Source: Candidatus Omnitrophota bacterium (GTDB taxonomy: Bacteria; Omnitrophota; Gorgyraeia; Gygaellales; Profunditerraquicolaceae). From it: a DNA stretch of 52,656 nucleotides. Location of the stretch: NCBI GenBank assembly GCA_043797735.1, contig JAZDPH010000044.1:1-52656 (forward strand), given 5' to 3'. The number at the start of each line of letters is the position of its first letter. Position 1 is the first letter of the stretch. Position numbers and translations under genes: made by a program. This document shows, one piece after another, positions 45,075-52,656 of the stretch. The notes beneath the pieces are model-generated. The model worked only from the letters and a program-made list of their open reading frames with translations. It did no database searches and had not been told where the DNA came from.

Positions 45075-46474
45075 AATTTGGGCTCCTTTCCCGTCCAGCA
45101 GTAAAGGCAGAGCTTATCCCTGTCAACGCCTATGGCGCCAATCATATCCTCTAATTTCTGATATTTCAGGGTAGTTACCCCTATGTCCTTAGTAATCCAC
45201 CCCACCATCTTCCGGTATTCTGCCGAGCCTTCCGTCAGGTATTCTTTTATATCCTTTATATCCCTGCCCTCAATGGCCCGGATCGCCCGGCGTGCGGCCA
45301 GCTCATTGATGCTGCGGGTGGAAAAATTGAATTTGCAGGGGAAGGTCAAGGGCGGGCAAGCGATCCTTAAGTGAATCTCCTTTGCCCCGCAGTCTCTTAT
45401 TTTCTGGACAGTGTAATTCTTTAACTGCGTGCCCCGCACTATGGAATCGTCGCAGAATACAATACTCTTGTCTTTGATAATCTCCGGGATAGGGATCAGT
45501 TTCATCCTGGCGATAAGGTCCCTTTTTTCCTGAGAGGGCGGAGTGTAACTACGGTCAAAGCCCGGGGTGTATTTTATCAGCGGACGCCGATACGGAGCTC
45601 CTGACTCCATAGCATAGCCTATTGCATGCGCCGTCCCGGAATCCGGAATCCCCGCGGCCATATCCACCTTTATCTTATCCCCTCTGGCAAGGCAGCGCCC
45701 GCATCTTTCGCGCGCCATCTCCACGTTTATATCATCGTAGCAGGAAGCGGGAAATCCCGCGTAAATCCATAAGAAGGCGCAGATCTGGTTTACCCCTCTT
45801 GTCCCGGGACGCTTCGGCTTTATCCCCCCTTTATCCAGCAGGATAATCTCTCCCGGCTGGATAAATTTCTTGAGTTTAAAACCGAGGTTATAAAAGGCGG
45901 AGCTCTCGGTGCTTATTGCCCAGTCGCCCCCTCTTTCCCCCACCGCCAGAGGCGAATAACCGCAGCGGTCGCGCGCCGCGTAAACCCCTTCTTTATTCAA
46001 CAAAAGCAGGGAACAGGAACCGCTAATTTTAGAAAACATATACTCTATCCCGTCGGGGATATCCCTGCCCTGAATGACCAGCTTTGCCGCCAGCTCCGTC
46101 ATATTTACGCTTCCGTCGGTTACCTCGCTAAAGGACTGCCCTTGAGCGTATAACTCCGACTCCAGCTCCTTGGCGTTGTCAATGAGCCCGTTGGTAACTA
46201 TGGCAAAGGGCCCGAACTTTGAGTGGACGCAAATGGGCTGCTCATCCTTTGCGCTGATTACCCCGATGCCAGCTGCCCCCTGCATGTTTTTGTAATCCTC
46301 GTAGAACTTGGCCTTAAACTGGCTGCCTCTTATATCGTGAATCTTGCGCAGTAATTCATCTTTCCATACTGCCAGGCCGGCAAACTGCGTACCCAGATGG
46401 GAATGGTAATCCGTCCCGTAAAATAAATCTTCATGGCAGCTTTTTTTACTTACTACCCCAAAAATGCCGCTCAT
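45071..46474 (-). CDS. purF: amidophosphoribosyltransferase homolog with N-terminal Met-Ser (not Met-Cys)
   Basis: The product is 467 aa. It has an Ntn-type N-domain followed by the PRTase motif IVFCDDSIVRGTQLK. The N-terminus is MSGIFGVV where canonical PurF has MCGI(V/F)G. A GGAGGA SD sits 6 nt upstream of the ATG, and an in-frame stop lies two codons upstream. Confidence 0.75.
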   Translation of the reverse strand: MSGIFGVVSKKSCHEDLFYGTDYHSHLGTQFAGLAVWKDELLRKIHDIRGSQFKAKFYEDYKNMQGAAGIGVISAKDEQPICVHSKFGPFAIVTNGLIDNAKELESELYAQGQSFSEVTDGSVNMTELAAKLVIQGRDIPDGIEYMFSKISGSCSLLLLNKEGVYAARDRCGYSPLAVGERGGDWAISTESSAFYNLGFKLKKFIQPGEIILLDKGGIKPKRPGTRGVNQICAFLWIYAGFPASCYDDINVEMARERCGRCLARGDKIKVDMAAGIPDSGTAHAIGYAMESGAPYRRPLIKYTPGFDRSYTPPSQEKRDLIARMKLIPIPEIIKDKSIVFCDDSIVRGTQLKNYTVQKIRDCGAKEIHLRIACPPLTFPCKFNFSTRSINELAARRAIRAIEGRDIKDIKEYLTEGSAEYRKMVGWITKDIGVTTLKYQKLEDMIGAIGVDRDKLCLYCWTGKEPKL

Positions 46475-46493
46475 AATCTATCCTCCGTAAGCA

Positions 46494-47150
46494 TTAGGAT
46501 TTCTTATAAAACTCCTTGATCGCGCGCACAACCTCTTTCGGCGTCTCTACCACCGTAAATATCTGCATATCCTTTTTGCTGATATTGCCGTCTTTGAGCA
46601 GTTTTTCTTTATGCCAGGCAAGCATCCCCTCCCAGTATTTTCCGCCTAAAAGCACCACCGGAAATTTCTCAATTCGTTCGGTCTGGATGAGGTTTACCGC
46701 CTCGTAGAATTCATCGAGCGTCCCGAAACCTCCGGGCAAGATAACAAAGGCCTTGGCATATTTAACAAACATCACCTTCCTGACAAAAAAATAACGAAAA
46801 TCAAGAAGGATATCCACGTAACCGTTGGGCTTCTGCTCCGACGGTATCTGGATATTCAACCCGATAGATACCCCCTTGGCCCTCTTTGCCCCTTTATTGG
46901 CCGCCTCCATTAACCCCGGGCCGCTGCCGGTAATAATCGCGTATTTTTCCTTGGCCAAAAGATAGGCGGTCTCCTCGGCTAAGCGGTAATAGTTATTGCC
47001 GGGCTTAGTGCGGCTGGAACCAAAGAGGGAAACCGCCCTTCCTATCTTGGAAAGGACCTCAAACCCCTCGACGAACTCCGACATAATGCGAAAGACTCTC
47101 CAAGGGTCCTCCGCAAAAAAGTCCCCCCCGACGGGTTCTTTTCCTTTCAT
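46494..47150 (-). CDS. LOG family protein (cytokinin riboside 5'-monophosphate phosphoribohydrolase-like; TIGR00730)
   Basis: The Rossmann motif is ITGSGPGLMEAANKGA and the LOG signature PGGFGTLDEFYEAV is present; 218 aa. Confidence 0.8.
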   Translation of the reverse strand: MKGKEPVGGDFFAEDPWRVFRIMSEFVEGFEVLSKIGRAVSLFGSSRTKPGNNYYRLAEETAYLLAKEKYAIITGSGPGLMEAANKGAKRAKGVSIGLNIQIPSEQKPNGYVDILLDFRYFFVRKVMFVKYAKAFVILPGGFGTLDEFYEAVNLIQTERIEKFPVVLLGGKYWEGMLAWHKEKLLKDGNISKKDMQIFTVVETPKEVVRAIKEFYKKS

Positions 47151-47174
47151 CGTCCCCTCCTTTTTATAAATCGC

Positions 47175-49421
47175 TTAATCCTTTAAATAACTCTCTATCG
47201 CGCTGCTCCAGGAGGCATATAATTCGTCAACCGGCAGATTAATCAACTCATTAATCGCAAGCAGGCCCCCCTCCACCTTGCCGATTACAGCAATAGGCGC
47301 CTTATTCTTCTTGGCGATCCCCAGCAGTTTCTTAAGGTTTTTCTGTTTCAGGCTGATTACAATCCGGGATTGAGACTCGCCGAATAAAAACGCATCCTTT
47401 CGCATCTTACCCTTTTCCAGGTTGATCACCGCGCCCATTCTCTTAGCAGGGCCGCTGATACAGCTCTCGGCAAGGCAGACTGCCAGGCCGCCCTCGGAAC
47501 AATCATGCGCCGATTCAAGCAGGCCCCTTTCTGCCGCCTCAAGCACGGTTTTCTGCACGCTCTTTTCCAGTTTCAGGTCTATCTCCGGACAGTTGCCCTT
47601 CTTTAATCCGTGGATTGTCTTTAAATACTCACTGCCGCCTAACTCCTCTTTGTTCTTACCCAGCAATAACACGGCGTCGCCGGCATTCTTAAAATACTGC
47701 GAGACAATCTTTGATTTATCTTTTATCAAACCCACCATCCCGACCAGCGGCGTGGGGTCAACCGAGCCTTTGGGGTTTTCATTGTTAAAACTGACGTTGC
47801 CGCTGACTACCGGGGTATTTAACGCGCGGCAGGCAGCGGAGATCCCTAAGACCGCCTGTTTAAACTGCCAGAATACCTCGGGGTTCTTGGGGTTGCCGAA
47901 GTTTATCCCGTCGGTAATAGCCAGCGGCTTTGCGCCGGTGCAAACTAAGTTCCTGGCTGCCTCTGCCACGGCGATCTCTCCCCCTCGGAAGGGATCAAGA
48001 TAGCAATAGGTAGAGTTGCAGTCAATGGTGGCGGCGATCGCCTTTTTGGTTCCCGGAACAACAGCCACTCCGGCATCAGAGCCCGGGCCCAATAAGATGT
48101 CTTTAGCGGCTTTGGGGTCGCTGTGTTTAAAAACCCATCCCTTGCTGGCAATAGTAGGATTGCTCAATAAAGCCGTCAGGGTGCGGTTGTGGTCTGCCGG
48201 TTCTTTGATTGTTGAGAGGTTAAGTTTATTGGCCGCGGATAAATATTTCGGCCGGGCCGCCTCTCTCTTATAAACCGGCGCCTCCACTAATGCCGCTGCC
48301 GGAACCTCGGCAACTACCTTGCCGTCTTCCTTTACGCGCACCATCCCGTCGTCGGTAACCTTGCCGATAACATCCACCGGCACGTTCCATTTGGCAAAAA
48401 TCTTCTTTACCCCCTCTAACTTATTTTTATCCGCAATCACCAGCATTCTCTCTTGTGACTCCGAAAGCATTACCTCATAAGCGTTCATCCCGTCTTCTTT
48501 GCGCGGCACCAGAGATATATCTATCTCTATTCCGGTACCCGCCTTGTAAGAGGTCTCGCAGGTGGAGCAGACCAGCCCCGCCGCCCCCATATCCTGCATG
48601 CCTAAGGCTAAATTCGCGGCGATCAGCTCAAGGCAGGATTCCCGCAGGCGTTTTCCCATATCCGGGTCGCCGATAGCAACCGCGGAGCTCTTCTTAACCG
48701 CCTCCTCATCCAACGCCATAGAGGCAAAGGCTGCGCCTTCAACGCCGTCCCTGCCGGTTCCGCCGCCGACGATAAGCACTAAATTGCCCTTTCCCTTTGC
48801 CCGGGCCCTAACCATCTCCTTGCGCTTGAGAATACCGACGGTCATCGCGTTAACCAGCGGGTTGCCCTCATAAGAGGCGTCAAAATAAATCTCACCGCCC
48901 ATCACCGGGATACCCGCCACGTTGGCGTAATCCGTAAAGCCGCGGATGATGTTTTTAAATAAGAATTTAACCCTTTCCTTATCCAGCCGGCCAAGGCGCA
49001 AGGAATCCAAGAGCCCGATCGGCCGCGCCCCCATGGTAAAGACATCGCGGACGCATCCGCCGCCGCCGGTGGCTGAAGCCGCATAGGGCTCAACCGCCGA
49101 AGGATGATTATGCGACTCAATTTTAAAAACAACTGCCAGTCCGTCTCCGATATCCACTACCCCGGCATTTTCTCCCGGGCCCTGGATGACCTGCTTTCCC
49201 TTGGTAGGGAAAAGCCTTAACACCGGTTTTGAATTTTTGTAGGAGCAGTGCTCGCTCCACATCGCCGAGAACAACCCTAACTCGGTATAATTGGGCTGGC
49301 GGCCTAAGAGTTTCTTTATCCGCTCATACTCCTCAGGCGTCAACCCCTGCTTCTGAACCAGTTCCTGCGTAACCGCAATCGTCTCTGTAGCCATTTTATA
49401 TTCTCCTGTTTTAAAAAACAA
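47175..49421 (-). CDS. purL: phosphoribosylformylglycinamidine synthase subunit II (FGAM synthase, large PurL)
   Basis: The 748-aa product has duplicated PurM-like AIR-synthase-related domains. The start is apparently TTG, and an internal MATETIAV would be an alternative ATG start. Confidence 0.85.
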   Translation of the reverse strand: MFFKTGEYKMATETIAVTQELVQKQGLTPEEYERIKKLLGRQPNYTELGLFSAMWSEHCSYKNSKPVLRLFPTKGKQVIQGPGENAGVVDIGDGLAVVFKIESHNHPSAVEPYAASATGGGGCVRDVFTMGARPIGLLDSLRLGRLDKERVKFLFKNIIRGFTDYANVAGIPVMGGEIYFDASYEGNPLVNAMTVGILKRKEMVRARAKGKGNLVLIVGGGTGRDGVEGAAFASMALDEEAVKKSSAVAIGDPDMGKRLRESCLELIAANLALGMQDMGAAGLVCSTCETSYKAGTGIEIDISLVPRKEDGMNAYEVMLSESQERMLVIADKNKLEGVKKIFAKWNVPVDVIGKVTDDGMVRVKEDGKVVAEVPAAALVEAPVYKREAARPKYLSAANKLNLSTIKEPADHNRTLTALLSNPTIASKGWVFKHSDPKAAKDILLGPGSDAGVAVVPGTKKAIAATIDCNSTYCYLDPFRGGEIAVAEAARNLVCTGAKPLAITDGINFGNPKNPEVFWQFKQAVLGISAACRALNTPVVSGNVSFNNENPKGSVDPTPLVGMVGLIKDKSKIVSQYFKNAGDAVLLLGKNKEELGGSEYLKTIHGLKKGNCPEIDLKLEKSVQKTVLEAAERGLLESAHDCSEGGLAVCLAESCISGPAKRMGAVINLEKGKMRKDAFLFGESQSRIVISLKQKNLKKLLGIAKKNKAPIAVIGKVEGGLLAINELINLPVDELYASWSSAIESYLKD

Positions 49422-49439
49422 AATATCCGTTAAGCTGAC

Positions 49440-49480
49440 TGCGCCATTGCAGGCTATTTATGTTTCTGCGCCATTGCAGA
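49440..49480. promoter_or_regulatory. tandem 14-nt direct repeat ctgcgccattgcag x2 (27-nt period) in the purB-purL intergenic region
   Basis: ctgactgcgccattgcaggctatttatgtttctgcgccattgcagatatc. Each unit is itself a small dyad (ctgc..gcag). The pair sits 20-60 nt upstream of the purL start. Confidence 0.35.
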
Positions 49481-49505
49481 TATCTCGTGATAATAATCAA
49501 ATCTT

Positions 49506-50792
49506 TTAGAGGCGGGAAAAAATCTTATCTACGTAACGTAAATAATAATTCAAGTCAAATATTTTATCCAGTTCCCGGCGGCTAAGGTATTTCGGCAGCT
49601 CCTTGTCCCTTAAAAGGTTGTCTTTAAACTGCGAATTGCTTCTCCAGGTCCGCATCGCGCAGCGCTGGACCAGGTCATAGGCCTTCTGGCGCCTCAGGCC
49701 CTTATCCATCAGCGCCAAAAGCACCCTCTGGGAAAAAATCAACCCGCGCGTGCGCGCCAGGTTAGCGAGCATATTATCGGGGTAAACGTTTAGCCCGTCC
49801 ATAACTTCAATAAATTTATTCAGCATATAGTCAAGTGTCACTGCCGCGTCCGGCAGGATCACCCGCTCAACAGAAGAGTGAGAGATATCGCGCTCATGCC
49901 AGAGGGCAACGTTTTCCATCGCACTTAAGGCATGCCCGCGCAAAAGCCGGGACAGGCCGCAGATGCGCTCGCAGATAACCGGGTTGCGTTTATGCGGCAT
50001 CGCCGAGGAGCCCTTCTGGCCTTTAGTAAAAGGCTCTTCCGCCTCCAGCACCTCGGTCCTCTGCAGGTGGCGTATCTCAAGGGCGAATTTCTCTAAGGAC
50101 GAGCCGATAACGGCTAAAGTTGAAACATACTGGGCATAGATATCCCGGGATATAACCTGAGTAGAAACCTTTGCCGGCCGGAGCCCGAGTTTCCCGCAGA
50201 CGTAGGCCTCAACCTTCGGGTCGGTATTGGCATAGGTCCCCACTGCCCCGGAGATTTTGCCTACGGAGACCTCTTCTGCTGTCCGGCGCATACGCGCCAG
50301 GTTGCGCTCTGTCTCATCATACCAGAGGGCCAGCTTAAGCCCGAAGGTCGTCGGCTCGGCATGCACCCCGTGGGTACGGCCTACGCAGGCCATCTCCTTA
50401 TACCTGACTGCCTTGCTGCGCAGGAGGATGGAAAGTTTTTTCAGGTCTTTTATTAAGATTTCGCAGGCGGCTTTTAACTGCACGCCTAAGGTAGTATCAA
50501 GGATATCCGAGGAGGTCAAGCCGATGTGCAGATATTTGGCGTCGGGGCCGATGCTTTCGGCGACGTTATTGACAAAGGCTACTATATCATGGCGGGTCTT
50601 TTCTTCAATGAGGTTGATCCTGCGGATATTGAATTTTGCTTTTTTCTTGATTCTCTTGACTGCTGCGGGCGGGACTTTCTTTTGTTTTGCAAGCGCTTCC
50701 AGGACAAAGAGTTCAATGTTCAGCATCGTCTGGAACTTAAACTCCTCCTGCCAAATGCTGCCCATTTCTAGAAGGGTGTAACGTTGGATCAT
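49506..50792 (-). CDS. purB: adenylosuccinate lyase
   Basis: MIQRYTLLEMGSIWQEEFKFQTMLNIE N-terminus and fumarase/ASL signature GSSAMPHKRNP; 428 aa. Confidence 0.9.
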   Translation of the reverse strand: MIQRYTLLEMGSIWQEEFKFQTMLNIELFVLEALAKQKKVPPAAVKRIKKKAKFNIRRINLIEEKTRHDIVAFVNNVAESIGPDAKYLHIGLTSSDILDTTLGVQLKAACEILIKDLKKLSILLRSKAVRYKEMACVGRTHGVHAEPTTFGLKLALWYDETERNLARMRRTAEEVSVGKISGAVGTYANTDPKVEAYVCGKLGLRPAKVSTQVISRDIYAQYVSTLAVIGSSLEKFALEIRHLQRTEVLEAEEPFTKGQKGSSAMPHKRNPVICERICGLSRLLRGHALSAMENVALWHERDISHSSVERVILPDAAVTLDYMLNKFIEVMDGLNVYPDNMLANLARTRGLIFSQRVLLALMDKGLRRQKAYDLVQRCAMRTWRSNSQFKDNLLRDKELPKYLSRRELDKIFDLNYYLRYVDKIFSRL

Positions 50793-50849
50793 GCTTACTG
50801 CCCCTCGATGAATCCCAAGAAGCGCGGGATGGATTTAACCGGAAATTAT

Positions 50850-50878
50850 AGTATAACAGATAATATCCCGTTTAGCAA
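50850..50878 (-). promoter_or_regulatory. sigma70-like promoter upstream of purB (head of pur operon)
   Basis: Minus sense: TTGCTA-aacgggatattatctgt(17)-TATACT-ataatttcc..., followed by an SD-like GAGGGG before the purB ATG. Confidence 0.4.
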
Positions 50879-50897
50879 ATAAAAAATACGGCCTCTT

Positions 50898-51140
50898 TTA
50901 ATCCTTGCAATGGCAGGCTTCTGCTGGTTCCCGGAAGGAATGCCTTGAGGTTAATTCCGTATATTCCTGGGACTTATGAAGATTAAGCCAGATGTTGCCG
51001 TAGGCGCGGATCCACTCCATCGCCGCCCTGTCCTTGCCGATATCCCGGCCTACTTTCTCGCTCTCAATCCATTTATAGCGTTCAATCTCGGCTACCACCC
51101 GAGGGTCGTCCAATAATTTAAGCAATAAAAGTATACGCAT
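50898..51140 (-). CDS. conserved small hypothetical protein, 80 aa
   Basis: ORF has an SD-like AAAAGGG upstream. The pattern ERYKWIESEKVGRDIGKDRAAMEWIRAYG looks like a conserved small-protein family that I cannot name. Confidence 0.4.
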   Translation of the reverse strand: MRILLLLKLLDDPRVVAEIERYKWIESEKVGRDIGKDRAAMEWIRAYGNIWLNLHKSQEYTELTSRHSFREPAEACHCKD

Positions 51141-51154
51141 ATATGCCCTTTTAG

Positions 51155-51201
51155 CCCCGGAGACAATACTGCTCCGGGTTAGAATTTGATTTTGTTTTTT
51201 T
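51155..51201 (+). terminator. plus-strand intrinsic-terminator-like hairpin with T-rich tail and no identified plus-strand gene upstream
   Basis: ccccggag-acaatactg-ctccggg followed by ttagaatttgattttgttttttt on the plus strand. On the minus strand the A-run precedes the hairpin, so it is not a minus-strand terminator. Confidence 0.3.
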
Positions 51202-51359
51202 GTATAGTTGCGGAAACTTACTCTTTGTGCGGGTCAGAGGAAGGTTAAATATATGAATACGTTTTAATGCATTAACTTCCCAAACTCTTCCCTGCCCCGA
51301 TAAACGCGAAAACAATATATCACCGGCAAAAATTTTGTCAAGAAATTATTTCGTGGAGC

Positions 51360-51439
51360 GTCATTGCGAGGAGGGCGAAGCCCGACGAAGCAATCCCTTT
51401 TTGAGATTGCTTCGCTCGCTAGTGCTCGCTCGCAATGAC
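51360..51439. repeat. REP/MITE-like structured repeat, copy B (80 nt)
   Basis: gtcattgcgaggagggcgaagcccgacgaagcaatccctttttgagattgcttcgctcgctagtgctcgctcgcaatgac. It has the same two stems as copy A with different loop and spacer sequences, and a perfect 11-bp terminal inverted repeat gtcattgcgag/ctcgcaatgac. Confidence 0.75.
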
Positions 51440-51447
51440 AAAATGCC

Positions 51448-52656
51448 TTAGCCTAACTTTATATCCAGGCGGTTTAATTTGTTATGCGGAAGCCTGATGA
51501 TTATCCTGCGGCTAAGTAGAAAAGAATTTTGCTTTTTTACTTCAAGGTTGAAGCCGTTTAGCGAGGCGCCAGTTATTTTGTAGCGGCCGTAGGGGAGCAT
51601 TTTGGGATTGGAGAAATTAACTTGCAGGGGCCGGCCGGCAAAGGATCTTTTAATGCTTACGGCCTTTGCGCCCTTAAACTGCTCGAGTGACAGTTTCGGC
51701 TCAATCAACAAATCCCCGCATTGCCCCTTTACCCCGAATGCCCCGGTCAAAAGCGTGAGCACAAACCAACTGGCAGAGCCGGTAAGATACGAATACATCC
51801 CCCTGCCCTCTGCGTCAAAATACTCGGGGAGACAAGGATAAATCTTGCACTTCTCTGTATCGGTTGACATCCTGTATATGGAATCTAAGGCGCGCCAGCC
51901 CTCTTTTACAAATCCCCTTTGGTATAAGGCATAGGCCAGCATCACCACCATATGGTTAAAGAAAGCGCCGTTCTCCTTGTTGCCGTAGGCAAAAGAAAAT
52001 GCCCTGCCCAAGTCGTGCTGCTCTTCCTGGAAATCGGTATTTAAGTGATAGCCTTTGAATTTCTTATCAAAAAGGTATCTTTCAGCGTTTTTTAAGATAT
52101 CGGCTATCTGTTCATTAGTGGCTGTTCCGCTCATTATCGGAAAAACCTGCGAGGCAAGCATCATCCTTAGCCGGCCGCCTCTTCTGCCTTCAACGCGCCT
52201 TGCCTTATTATCGTAATAGCCGTTAAAGAAACCCTCCTTTAACCACTCCCTGCGTCGGATATGCTCACGCATCCAGGAGGACTTCTCCGTTAAATTGGCG
52301 GCCAGCAGTAAACTTTTTATCCGTACTTTTCTGCCGGAAAGGCCGAATTTTGTCTTTGCCAAATATGCATTGAGTAGTTTATTTTTCTTAGCGGGGCTGG
52401 CGTAATTTTCCCTGCACAGAAGCATCTTCATCTCCGCGGCAATTTCAACGTCCTTACTGCCTGACTTTAACAGGAGCCCGGCCAAAAGCTGGAGGTTATG
52501 CGCGTACATACTGCTGAAGGCAACACTCTCTCCGTTCTCCTTGGCCATATCAAGGCCGTCATTCCAGTCTGCCCCTTCAAGGCGCAGATGGTTGTGTGAG
52601 CCGACGTTAAAAAACTGCGTCAGGCTCTGCACTAAAAGGTGCTCAAAGACCGTGCC
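51448..52656 (-). CDS. GH94-like glycoside hydrolase/phosphorylase, C-terminal ~400 aa (N-terminus lies beyond window end)
   Basis: EGADWNDGLDM resembles the GH94 catalytic-Asp motif (xGDWNDxLN). The C-terminal region resembles six-hairpin glycosidase tails. The ORF is open to the window edge. Confidence 0.4.
   Translation of the reverse strand, partial: GTVFEHLLVQSLTQFFNVGSHNHLRLEGADWNDGLDMAKENGESVAFSSMYAHNLQLLAGLLLKSGSKDVEIAAEMKMLLCRENYASPAKKNKLLNAYLAKTKFGLSGRKVRIKSLLLAANLTEKSSWMREHIRRREWLKEGFFNGYYDNKARRVEGRRGGRLRMMLASQVFPIMSGTATNEQIADILKNAERYLFDKKFKGYHLNTDFQEEQHDLGRAFSFAYGNKENGAFFNHMVVMLAYALYQRGFVKEGWRALDSIYRMSTDTEKCKIYPCLPEYFDAEGRGMYSYLTGSASWFVLTLLTGAFGVKGQCGDLLIEPKLSLEQFKGAKAVSIKRSFAGRPLQVNFSNPKMLPYGRYKITGASLNGFNLEVKKQNSFLLSRRIIIRLPHNKLNRLDIKLG

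Noticed and set aside
711-50781. Numerous 60-190 aa plus-strand ORFs in the supplied track (e.g. 2239-2865, 26018-26563, 41571-42251, 43233-43727, 47422-48003)
   Set aside because: All lie antisense within well-supported minus-strand genes. They have Ala/Ser/Pro/Arg-rich low-complexity composition typical of reverse-frame artefacts in GC-rich coding DNA and show no motifs.
50925-50945. cccggaaggaa resembles part of the SRP RNA domain IV consensus (CCGGAAGGAAGCAGC)
   Set aside because: Only 10 nt match, with no GCAGC continuation or flanking helix, and it lies inside a plausible protein-coding ORF.

Overview
The window holds about 51 genes, and all but one are on the minus strand. It looks like part of a Gram-negative (diderm) genome with roughly 50 percent G+C, and I cannot assign a lineage. 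There are no rRNA or tRNA genes, no CRISPR array and no transposase or integrase apart from a Xer-type recombinase.

Three gene blocks make up the window:
- Positions 1-20200 are an LPS locus: lptB, an LptC/LptA-like protein, kdsC, kdsD, kdsA, kdsB, a heptose kinase, heptosyltransferases, GT4 glycosyltransferases, lpxL, lpxK and waaA. Several of these are domain fusions (GT9-GT9, GT4-GT9, LpxL-ELM1-like), and a STAS-PilZ protein sits between lpxK and waaA.
- Positions 20200-31100 are a housekeeping block: xer, topA, dprA, aroK, spoVG, aroC, a thermonuclease, a DExH helicase on the plus strand, a Macro-Nudix fusion, yjbQ and a RelE/AbrB-type toxin-antitoxin pair.
- Positions 31100-52656 contain asmA, cca, nrdR, glyA, rpiB, tsaC and a long purine operon (purE, purD, purM, purF, purL, purB) with LOG, SPFH and hypothetical genes embedded, ending in a partial GH94-like glycoside hydrolase/phosphorylase.

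The findings I would look at first:
- **AT-rich island.** A single gene at 6912-7565 is about 25-30 percent G+C, far below its neighbours. It is flanked by two GC-rich structured elements that share an inverted cttcgctcggg motif, and it sits inside the LPS operon. I cannot assign it a function.
- **Short tandem repeats.** Arrays of 6-8 nt units occur throughout the window. Some lie inside coding regions: two heptamer tracts at domain junctions of the GT9-GT9 heptosyltransferase, and tracts in purD and purM. One at the waaA start carries a start codon in every unit. Others form dyad-symmetric intergenic hairpins.
- **REP/MITE-like repeat family.** Two 73-80 nt copies with conserved nested stems and divergent loops lie between co-directional genes.
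- **Other points.** The PurF homolog has Ser where the universally conserved catalytic Cys1 should be. A LOG-family gene sits inside the pur operon, and a deoxyhypusine-synthase-like gene sits at the head of the kds/lpt operon.

All coordinates that I located by hand may be off by 1-2 nt.
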